Assembly: GCA_963746775.1 (NCBI GenBank) | Contig: CAVVCK010000002.1 | Location: 139,571 to 203,570 of the forward strand | Length of the DNA: 64,000 bases | Direction: 5' to 3' | Origin: an uncultured bacterium | GTDB taxonomy: Bacteria > Patescibacteriota > JABMPQ01 > CAVVCK01 | Shown: positions 9,923 through 17,609 of the stretch, piece after piece | How positions within the stretch are numbered: position 1 is the first letter of the stretch | Layout of the letters: each line of letters starts with the position of its first letter | Program-made: the position numbers and the translations under genes | The notes under the pieces: model-generated | Database searches by the model: none | What the model was told of the DNA's origin: nothing | What the model saw: only the letters and a program-made list of their open reading frames with translations

Positions 9923-10735
9923 CTAATAATATTTCTTAACACCTGTCTTATCTCTAAAATAATTCCCAAATTCTTTTATTTTTCTAACTCTCAACCCAGA
10001 AAAAACCGGACCTTCTTGGCAAATACAAATTCCTTCTGGATCTACGCTGCATTGGCCGCAAAGACCAAAACCGCATTTCATATAACGCTCCAAAGACACT
10101 TCACAAGAAACTTTATATTTATAACAAATATCAACTACTTTCTTCATCATAATTTCCGGTCCACAAGTATAGATTTTATTAAATTTATTTTTTTTATTAG
10201 AAAGTTTTTCTTCTAAAATGTCAGTGGTAAAACCTTTATGCCCCTCAGATCCATCATCAGTTGATATTAAACATGATCCAGGCAAGGCTCTTTTAAATAA
10301 AACATCTTTGGAAGTACTTGCTCCGGTAATAAAAGTAATTTGACATTTTTTCCTTTTTGCTTCTTCAGCCAAAAATCTTAAAGGTGCTGAACCACAGCCT
10401 CCACCTACTAAGATAATTTTAGATTTTGGTTTAATATTAAATCCTTTTCCATATGGTCCAGAAATTCCTAATTGATCGCCTACTTTCATATCGAATAATT
10501 TCTGAGTTCCATTGCCTACTTTCATTACTGATAATTCAAAACTATTTTTATTCTGTCTTGATATACTTATTGGAATTTGGTCAACTCGAGGAATCCAGAG
10601 CATTATAAATTGGCCAGGGGTAGCGCCTAAATCATAATCAAATATAAATGTTTTAATTTGCGACGTTTCTTGTTTTATTTTTTTGATTTTTAGGATAGTT
10701 GGTTTTTCTTGTTTTGTAATCATTCTATTTATCAA
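9923..10735 (-). CDS. pyrK: dihydroorotate dehydrogenase electron-transfer subunit (FAD/2Fe-2S)
   Basis: 270 aa. It has a ferredoxin-reductase-like FAD/NAD fold (GGGCGSAPL) and a C-terminal C-x4-C-x2-C...C cluster (CGFGLCGQCSV...C.C). It overlaps pyrD by 11 nt. Confidence 0.85.
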   Translation of the reverse strand: MINRMITKQEKPTILKIKKIKQETSQIKTFIFDYDLGATPGQFIMLWIPRVDQIPISISRQNKNSFELSVMKVGNGTQKLFDMKVGDQLGISGPYGKGFNIKPKSKIILVGGGCGSAPLRFLAEEAKRKKCQITFITGASTSKDVLFKRALPGSCLISTDDGSEGHKGFTTDILEEKLSNKKNKFNKIYTCGPEIMMKKVVDICYKYKVSCEVSLERYMKCGFGLCGQCSVDPEGICICQEGPVFSGLRVRKIKEFGNYFRDKTGVKKYY

Positions 10736-11639
10736 TTACCTTACCAATTATTGATTGTAAATTTTGGATTTTCTCTTCTTCCATTATTTTTTTTACATCT
10801 TTCATCATTTTCCCAAATATTTTCCTATTGGAAAAATAAACAGCAGACCCTACACCAACCAAAGTTGCTCCAGCCAACATCATTTCCATTACATCTTCAC
10901 CCGTAGTTACTCCTCCCGTTCCAATTATTGGAATTTTTACAGCCTGAGCAATATCATAAACTGCTTTAACAGCCATAGGTTTTATAGCAGGTCCAGATAC
11001 TCCACCAAAACGATTAGTTAGAACAAATTTACGCGTTCTGACATCTATTAATGTTCCGTTAAAAGTATTAACAGCGCAAATAGCATCTGCTCCTGCACCC
11101 TCTACTGCCTTGGCAATTTCAGCAATGCTAACTACATTGGGCGATAATTTTACAATAACTTTTATCTTAGTATTTTTCTTAACTATTTTAGTTACTTCAG
11201 AAGCTAATTTAGGATCAGAAGCAAAAGGCTTCCCAAATTCGTCCTTAACATTAGGACAAGAAATATTCACCTCTATAAAATCAGGCTTGGCCTCTGATAT
11301 TTTTCTAGCTAATTTGCCAAATTCATCTACCTCCCCTGCAAAAATACTAGCAATTAGAGGTGCTCTACAATTTTTTTTATAATATTCAATTTCTTTAATA
11401 CTTTTTTCTACTCCAGCATTAGATAGGCCAACCGCATTAATTACAAAACAACTACCAGTTGTAATAGTAGGATTAATATGACCTTCGCGCGATTCTATTG
11501 ATACTGACTTCATAGTAACCCCGCCTGCTCCTTCTTTAATGTTTCTAACCATGCATGATCCAGTCACACCCAATATGCCCGAGGCGACCACTATAGGATT
11601 GTCAAATTTTTTACCTAGAAAATTTATTTGGGTATTCAT
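10725..11639 (-). CDS. pyrD: dihydroorotate dehydrogenase catalytic subunit (class 1B)
   Basis: 304 aa with a TIM-barrel DHODH signature: NPIVVASGILG, the active-site Cys/Ser region NISCPN, and GTGGV near the C-terminus. Confidence 0.85.
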   Translation of the reverse strand: MNTQINFLGKKFDNPIVVASGILGVTGSCMVRNIKEGAGGVTMKSVSIESREGHINPTITTGSCFVINAVGLSNAGVEKSIKEIEYYKKNCRAPLIASIFAGEVDEFGKLARKISEAKPDFIEVNISCPNVKDEFGKPFASDPKLASEVTKIVKKNTKIKVIVKLSPNVVSIAEIAKAVEGAGADAICAVNTFNGTLIDVRTRKFVLTNRFGGVSGPAIKPMAVKAVYDIAQAVKIPIIGTGGVTTGEDVMEMMLAGATLVGVGSAVYFSNRKIFGKMMKDVKKIMEEEKIQNLQSIIGKVIDK

Positions 11640-11675
11640 ATTTCTAATTTCTAATTTTTCTATTTATACACTTAT

Positions 11676-13289
11676 TTATCTTTTTTTCCTCAAAAGTTTA
11701 TTAATAGTATCGATAGCTACATCAACATTCGTTACTAAGGGTATGTCTTTTTCTAAAACCTTTGTTCTTATCAACTGTCCATCTGTTATAGATTTTTTCT
11801 TTTTACCATTAGGAATATTTATTACTAAATCAAATCTCTTATATTTAATAAAACTGGATATATTTGGTTTCTTTTTTTGTGATATTTTATACAAAACACT
11901 TACATTTTTTAATCCATTTTGCTCTAAATATTTAGCAGTACCTTCTGTGGCATATAATTTAACTTTTTGTTCAGCTAATTTTTTCACAAATGGCATTAAC
12001 TTACTCTTATCTTTGTTTTTACCAATACTGATTAAAATATTCTTTTTAATTCTTTTGGACATTTTCATTTGCAAGGTCCATAGCTCAATAAATCCAGGGC
12101 TAGCATTTTGATTAAATATTTCTGACTTCATAAAGGTAGCCATCTTTTCATCAAATAGAGCATCGGGAGATTTAATTGCTACCACTTCACAATTACCTTT
12201 GTATAATCTTAAAGTAACTATACCATTCACTTTTTTATTTACTTCATCTAAATAAGCATTCAAACTTTTCATTAATGGTTCATACCAAAATCCTCCATAA
12301 CATAAATAGGCCCACTCTTGATCTACTATAGTTTTAAATTTATTTTCTTGCCTAGTACACATAAATTTCTCAATTTCTCTGTGTGCTTTAATAATAGTAT
12401 GAGCAGCTGGCATCTCATATATTCCTCGTACTTTCAAGCCCACCACTCTATCTTCCAAATGATGAGAAATGCCTATTCCATGTCTGGCGGCTAATTTATT
12501 TAATTTAATAATCAAATCAGATAACTTCATTTCTTTGCCATTCAACGCAACTGGGATTCCTTTTACAAATTCTAATTTAATTTTTTCAGATTTATTCGGA
12601 GCTTTTTGAGGCAAGGTACATACTTGTAAAATTTTTTCCAAAGGAGGAATTAATTCTGGATTTTCTATTTCACCCCCTTCACCAGTTACACCCCACATAT
12701 TATCATCCCAGGAATATGGAACTGGCGTAGTTTTTTTAATTGGAATATTATGCTTCTTAGCATATTCTATTTCTTCTTCACGTCCCATGCCCCATTCTCG
12801 AACAGGTGCTATTACTTTCATATCAGGATTTAAGGTTATAACAGTACCTTCAATTCTTACTTGATCATTTCCCTTACCAGTACATCCATGAGCAATCGTA
12901 TCTGCCTTTTCTTGCTCTGCAACTTCAACGGCTATTTTGGCAAGCAAAGGACGGCCTAAGGGAGTAGATAAATGATATTTGCCTTGATAAGAAGCATTAG
13001 CTTTTATGCCCTTAGCTACATATTCTTCAGCAAACTCATCTTTTGCATCTACTACTATGCTTTTTAAAGCACCGAGTTTTATAGCTTTTTTTCTTATCTC
13101 TTCTAGATCATCCGCTTGCTGACCAATATCAATACATAATGCTATTACCTCTGCTTTATATACATCCTGAATCCACTTCAACATTACCGAAGTATCGAGA
13201 CCTCCTGAATAAAGTAAAACTACTTTATGAACTTCAGAAGGATCTGGTTCATAATAGGCTACCTTCACATACTTGTGTTCTTTTTGCAT
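11676..13289 (-). CDS. argG: argininosuccinate synthase fused to a C-terminal MGS-like (CarB/PurH-type) domain
   Basis: 537 aa. Residues 1-~400 align with ASS: PP-loop LLYSGGLDTS, AHGCTGKGNDQVRIE, GIYEMPAAHTI. Residues ~410-537 read ILISIGKNKDKSK...KLYATEGTAKYLEQNGL...DLVINIP...IRTKVLEKDIPLVT. This matches the MGS-like fold (CarB ATHGTA, PurH TGGTAKLL). Confidence 0.8.
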   Translation of the reverse strand: MQKEHKYVKVAYYEPDPSEVHKVVLLYSGGLDTSVMLKWIQDVYKAEVIALCIDIGQQADDLEEIRKKAIKLGALKSIVVDAKDEFAEEYVAKGIKANASYQGKYHLSTPLGRPLLAKIAVEVAEQEKADTIAHGCTGKGNDQVRIEGTVITLNPDMKVIAPVREWGMGREEEIEYAKKHNIPIKKTTPVPYSWDDNMWGVTGEGGEIENPELIPPLEKILQVCTLPQKAPNKSEKIKLEFVKGIPVALNGKEMKLSDLIIKLNKLAARHGIGISHHLEDRVVGLKVRGIYEMPAAHTIIKAHREIEKFMCTRQENKFKTIVDQEWAYLCYGGFWYEPLMKSLNAYLDEVNKKVNGIVTLRLYKGNCEVVAIKSPDALFDEKMATFMKSEIFNQNASPGFIELWTLQMKMSKRIKKNILISIGKNKDKSKLMPFVKKLAEQKVKLYATEGTAKYLEQNGLKNVSVLYKISQKKKPNISSFIKYKRFDLVINIPNGKKKKSITDGQLIRTKVLEKDIPLVTNVDVAIDTINKLLRKKR

Positions 13290-13298
13290 TTTTTTAAA

Positions 13299-14270
13299 TT
13301 ATTTTATATTTAATAAATTTATACCGTTAGTAGTTGCAATATTTACCAATTGATCGAAATCGTAATACCGGCAAGCTTCTTGAATCATTCTTACTTCAAA
13401 CCATATATTTCCATCATTGAATGGATTATAGAAATCACAAATATTATCAATCCCTAAGGCGACCGTTACTCCCGCCTCTATCATTTCGGGAATATTGGCT
13501 ATAGAATTATGAACTGGGGCACTATATTGATCTAATTGTTTCATACTAAGTGCTGCTGATGGGCAAACCACTACTCCGATTCCTGCATCAATTAAGCCTT
13601 TATAAATTTCTTGCCTGTATTTTTTATCTTGAGCTGCAACCGATAAAGCGTGAATTGCTACCACTCTTCCTTCATATTTATATTTTTTTGTATATTTTAT
13701 CAATTTCTCTGTATCACGCTCATTAGGATTATTTTCTTGGTCTATATGTACATGAATAGGTTTATTTAAATTTCTTGCTATGGAAAATAAATAATCAAAA
13801 TTTTTATTATCCTCTGGCCTATCCTTTGAAGGAAGACCACCGGCTACATCTGCTTTAGCTGTTATTTCTTCATAAATTTTCCTCTCATTACTATCCACTA
13901 ATCCCCCCAAGGATTGAGTTATAGTTTTAAAATTAATTTTATTTTTATATTCTTCTTTTACTTTTAGGACTGCATCTATATTTTTATGTCCCACAGCGCT
14001 ATAGGCATCTATAAAACTGCATGTATTTTTACATCCTTGAGCAATTAATATATCTAAAGCCGTTTTAATTCTATCCATTACTTCTTCCTCGGTTGATTTT
14101 TTCTTTATATCATCACTCATAAGCCATTTCTCTTCCATATCAACCATGCTCTTATTAAGTCCTTCGCGAGTTATATAAAAAGCTTTATCAAAATGTCCAT
14201 GGCAATTTACAAATCCGCCTTTATCTTTTACTTTTTCTAAAAATTGTTTTTTTAAGTTCCACTTTTCCAT
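13299..14270 (-). CDS. amidohydrolase-superfamily metallo-hydrolase, cytosine-deaminase (CodA)-like
   Basis: 323 aa. N-terminal HGH (CHGHFDK), HVHIDQENNPNE (cf. CodA VHCDEIDDEQ), AIHALS (cf. ASHTTA) and ALGIDNICDFYNPFNDGN (cf. CFGHDDVFDPWYPLG). It differs from the dihydroorotase motif set (no ATDHAPH). Confidence 0.55.
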   Translation of the reverse strand: MEKWNLKKQFLEKVKDKGGFVNCHGHFDKAFYITREGLNKSMVDMEEKWLMSDDIKKKSTEEEVMDRIKTALDILIAQGCKNTCSFIDAYSAVGHKNIDAVLKVKEEYKNKINFKTITQSLGGLVDSNERKIYEEITAKADVAGGLPSKDRPEDNKNFDYLFSIARNLNKPIHVHIDQENNPNERDTEKLIKYTKKYKYEGRVVAIHALSVAAQDKKYRQEIYKGLIDAGIGVVVCPSAALSMKQLDQYSAPVHNSIANIPEMIEAGVTVALGIDNICDFYNPFNDGNIWFEVRMIQEACRYYDFDQLVNIATTNGINLLNIK

Positions 14271-14293
14271 TTTTTTACTTAAATTTTTTACTT

Positions 14294-14320
14294 AAAAAAA
14301 CACCCCCGATTTAGGGGGTG
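14294..14320 (-). terminator. rho-independent terminator (minus strand: CACCCCC-uaaauc-GGGGGUG + U7)
   Basis: 7-bp GC-rich stem, 6-nt loop, then 7 U on the minus strand. It lies 210 nt past the ribBA stop and only ~25 nt before the start codon of the CodA-like gene. Confidence 0.6.
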
Positions 14321-14533
14321 CTATTGTTAAAACTGATAGAGACGACCAATGAATATATGATCCTCCATTGATTTATGATATTGAATTTTATTCTTGATTT
14401 TCAATTTTTACTTTATTAAATACCCCGCAAATTTCTTACGAGGTAATTTTTATTACTTTTATTTATTTTATTCTATATTTAATGCTATGTCAAAGGGGTA
14501 GTTATCCACAAGGGATTATGATCCACAGAATTT

Positions 14534-15724
14534 TTATAGTTTATGCCCCATCCTATCCTTCTTAGTTTTTAAATACTTCTTATTATACTTATTAGCTTTT
14601 ATTTTAACTGGAACAACTTTATTGATTTCTAACCCATACCCTTCTAACCCTATGACCTTACATGGATTATTAGTCATTAAATTAATCGATGTAAGCCCTA
14701 AATCTGTTAAAATTTGTGCCCCGATCCCGTAGTCTCTTAAATCACATTTATAGCCTAGCTTCTTATTGGCATCTACGGTATCCAACCCCCGATCTTGCAA
14801 ACCATAAGCTTTTAATTTTGCTTCCAGTCCAATTCCTCTTCCTTCTTGTCTCATATATAGAATTACTCCCTGCCCTTTCTCTTGAATTATTTTCATAGCT
14901 TCTTGTAATTGTTCCCCACAATCACATCTTTTGGAATAAAAAACATCCCCAGTTAAACATTCCGAATGCACCCTTACCAAAATATTTTTTTTATTTTTTA
15001 CCTGACCCTTTATTAAGGCTAAATGTAAATAATTATCAATTTTTGACTCATAAAGCTTAATTCTAAATTCTCCAAAATCTGTAGGAAGTTTTGTCTCAAC
15101 AACTTTTTTTATTAATTTTTCACGCGACTGTCTATACCTAATCAAATCAGCTATCGATATTATTTTTAATTTGTGCAGTTTAGCAAATTTTCTCAATTCA
15201 GGAAGTCTTGCCATTGTTCCATTTTCATTCATAATCTCACATATTACTCCAGCAGGATATAATCCAGATAGTCTTGCTAAATCAACAGCGGCTTCCGTAT
15301 GTCCGGCTCTTTTTAATACCCCGCCTTCTTTAGCACTTAAGGGAAATAAATGCCCAGGACGAGCTAAGTCTTTGGGTTTAGTTTTTGAACTTATTAAAGC
15401 TTTAACTGTCTTAGCTCTATCAGAAGCAGATATCCCTGTAGTTGTTCCCATTTTTACATCAACAGATACTGTAAAAGCAGTTCCATGTACATCCTCATTT
15501 TTCTGCAGCATGGGATTAATATCAAGCTCACTTAATCTCTTAGCCTCCATAGGCATACATATTAATCCTCTGCCAAAACACGCCATAAAATTTATGGCTT
15601 TACTGTTTGCATATTTTGCAGCCACTATTAAATCACCTTCGTTTTCTCTATCTTCATCATCAACGACTATTATAAATTTGCCTGATTTAAAATCTTTTAT
15701 GGCTTGTTGTATAGTGTTTAACAT
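14534..15724 (-). CDS. ribBA: bifunctional 3,4-dihydroxy-2-butanone-4-phosphate synthase / GTP cyclohydrolase II; start placed at internal Met (tracked ORF extends to 15808)
   Basis: RibB motifs [11 protein letters not shown] and RAGHTEA, then RibA C..CDCG zinc motif and [10 protein letters not shown]. The first 28 codons of the tracked ORF are hydrophobic junk that overlaps an intergenic repeat element. Met29 ([12 protein letters not shown]) fits RibB N-termini. Confidence 0.85.
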   Translation of the reverse strand: MLNTIQQAIKDFKSGKFIIVVDDEDRENEGDLIVAAKYANSKAINFMACFGRGLICMPMEAKRLSELDINPMLQKNEDVHGTAFTVSVDVKMGTTTGISASDRAKTVKALISSKTKPKDLARPGHLFPLSAKEGGVLKRAGHTEAAVDLARLSGLYPAGVICEIMNENGTMARLPELRKFAKLHKLKIISIADLIRYRQSREKLIKKVVETKLPTDFGEFRIKLYESKIDNYLHLALIKGQVKNKKNILVRVHSECLTGDVFYSKRCDCGEQLQEAMKIIQEKGQGVILYMRQEGRGIGLEAKLKAYGLQDRGLDTVDANKKLGYKCDLRDYGIGAQILTDLGLTSINLMTNNPCKVIGLEGYGLEINKVVPVKIKANKYNKKYLKTKKDRMGHKL

Positions 15725-15750
15725 ATTTATGATATGAAAATTTGTTATTT

Positions 15751-15860
15751 GGAAAATAGAAATTAGTAATAAATACTTGAAATTAGAAAATAGTTTATCA
15801 ATTCCCATTTTCTATTTTCTATTACCATTTTCCAACTTCTAAATAGCTATTTTCCTTCTT
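15751..15860 (-). repeat. ~110-bp AT-rich intergenic repeat element, copy 1 (paralogous to 22215-22324)
   Basis: Read on the minus strand both copies begin AGGAAAATAG(C/T)TATTT(A/G)GAA. They share ...TAAT.GAAA.TAGAAAATAG...TATTTTCTAATTTC.AGT, and each contains an internal inverted repeat gaaattagaaaatag/ctattttctaatttc. Confidence 0.5.
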
Positions 15861-16932
15861 TTACAAATCCCCTCACCATCAAATTATCCTCCAATCTCTT
15901 AATTTCAACATCCTTTAACTTTAAAATCTTATCAAGCTTATCTAAAATTGGCAATTCTCCTTTTCCAAACATTTCCAAAGCTATAAATAAATATATTTCA
16001 TCAATCAGCTTTTGATTTATAAATTCAGTAGCAGTTTTTTGTCCTCCTTCAACTAATAAGCTAATAATTTTTAACTTACCTAATTCTTTTAATAATCTTT
16101 TTAAATCAAATTTATTATTTTTAATATCTAACTCTAAAAATCTTATCCCCTTTCTTTCCAGCTGCTTAATTTTATTAGATGCTAAATCTTTTTTTACAAC
16201 CATAACAGTTCCCTTTCGCAAAACCTTAGATTTTAAATCAATTTTTAAATTAGGATCTAAAATTATTGGAATAATTTTACTTTTACTATTTTTTAATCTC
16301 ACATTTAGTTCGGGGTTGTCATTCTTAATAGTATTTATGCCCACTAAAATAGCATCTATGCTACTTCTTATTTTATGAACATATTCTAAAGATTTTTTAT
16401 TAGTTATATATTTATCACTGGAATGAGTAATTTTACCATCCAAACTCATCCCACTTTTCCAAATTATATAAGGCCTACCAGTTTTTATATATTTAAAAAA
16501 ATATTTATTTAAATCAATCGCTTCTTTTTTCATTAAGCCTAATTCAGCTTCAATATTATTTTCTCTTAATTTTTTTATTCCCCTACCGTTCACTTTTTTA
16601 TTTGGATCTTTACAGGCTACTATAACTTTCTTAATTTTTCTTTTTATAATTTCATTAACACAAGGAGGAGTATTCCCAAGGTGGCAACATGGCTCTAAAT
16701 TAACATATAAGATTGAGCCATTTATTTTATTTTTATTACCTCGATTTATAGCATCTTCTATAGCTTCAATTTCCGCATGATTCGAGCCATATTCTTTATG
16801 ATATCCTTGACCAATTATCTTATTATTTCTAATTAAAACAGCACCAACTAAAGGATTTGGTGAAACTTCACCTTCACCCAATTTAGCTAGTTCTATTACT
16901 TTTTCCATTATAGTCTTATCTTTATCAATCAT
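15847..16932 (-). CDS. ribD: bifunctional riboflavin biosynthesis deaminase/reductase
   Basis: 361 aa. The CMP/dCMP-type zinc deaminase motifs HAEIEAIE and PCCHLGNTPPC are followed by a reductase (RibG-like) domain. It is adjacent to ribBA. Confidence 0.85.
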   Translation of the reverse strand: MIDKDKTIMEKVIELAKLGEGEVSPNPLVGAVLIRNNKIIGQGYHKEYGSNHAEIEAIEDAINRGNKNKINGSILYVNLEPCCHLGNTPPCVNEIIKRKIKKVIVACKDPNKKVNGRGIKKLRENNIEAELGLMKKEAIDLNKYFFKYIKTGRPYIIWKSGMSLDGKITHSSDKYITNKKSLEYVHKIRSSIDAILVGINTIKNDNPELNVRLKNSKSKIIPIILDPNLKIDLKSKVLRKGTVMVVKKDLASNKIKQLERKGIRFLELDIKNNKFDLKRLLKELGKLKIISLLVEGGQKTATEFINQKLIDEIYLFIALEMFGKGELPILDKLDKILKLKDVEIKRLEDNLMVRGFVKEGK

Positions 16933-17042
16933 AAATATTGGCTATTTATATATTATTATTTTACTGTTATAATACATTTTATAAATAATATTCAGTATTA
17001 TTTAGTATATTAATATTAGTTAAACAAAGCAAATAAAAACAC

Positions 17043-17456
17043 ATGCTGCCCCTTCAAAAACAAAAAAACTATGGTTTTACCTTAGTTGAACTACTAGTAG
17101 TGATAGCTATTATTGGTATTTTGGCTTCTTTGATGTATGTTTCTTTTGTTAGAACCAAACAAAAAGGTCAAGATGCTAGTATTAAAAGTGACTTAAGACA
17201 AATTGCTCTAGCTATGGAAATGGCTTATGACCACAATCAAGCCTACCTCACTTCTGAAAATATCCCCGCTTCTATTACAGTTGATGGTAATGAATATTTG
17301 AGGAATATTCCAGAAAACCCACAAGGCAATAATTATGACTGGACTAATAATATAGAAAATAGTCAAACATATTGCGCAGGCTCAGATTTGAAATTAGAAG
17401 ATTATTTTAGGTGTGATGAAAATGGGTGTAAGGAAACTACAAATGTTTGTCCTTAA
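17043..17456 (+). CDS. type IV pilin / pseudopilin (prepilin-type N-terminal cleavage-methylation domain)
   Basis: 137 aa. NYG|FTLVELLVVIAIIGILASL gives a class III signal with Gly-1, Phe+1, Glu+5 and a hydrophobic helix. C-terminal Cys pair. Confidence 0.75.
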   Translation: MLPLQKQKNYGFTLVELLVVIAIIGILASLMYVSFVRTKQKGQDASIKSDLRQIALAMEMAYDHNQAYLTSENIPASITVDGNEYLRNIPENPQGNNYDWTNNIENSQTYCAGSDLKLEDYFRCDENGCKETTNVCP

Positions 17457-17509
17457 CTTTATCATTAAATATATTTTAATTTAATAAATTTGGGCAATGT
17501 TAATTAAAT

Positions 17510-17541
17510 AAAAAAAGAGATCAGAAGATCCCTTTTTTTAT
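17510..17541. terminator. weak bidirectional terminator-like hairpin (A7-gagatc-agaa-gatccc-T7) between convergent pilin and surface-protein genes
   Basis: The hairpin is imperfect and AT-rich, flanked by an A-run and a T-run. Confidence 0.4.
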
Positions 17542-17609
17542 TTAGCCACAGATTTAGCAAATTAAATTATTAAAAATCTTTTCTTATTCAAGATTCTAAA
17601 TTCTATTCC

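Noticed and set aside
11539-12111. 190-aa plus-strand ORF
   Set aside because: Entirely antisense to argG. Phe/Leu/Ile-rich composition typical of AT-rich antisense frames.
15171-15737. 188-aa plus-strand ORF
   Set aside because: Antisense to ribBA, which has unambiguous motifs. Low-complexity Ser/Leu-rich product.
16933-17042. Expected FMN riboswitch upstream of ribD
   Set aside because: The region is about 85% AT. It has none of the conserved RFN core helices.
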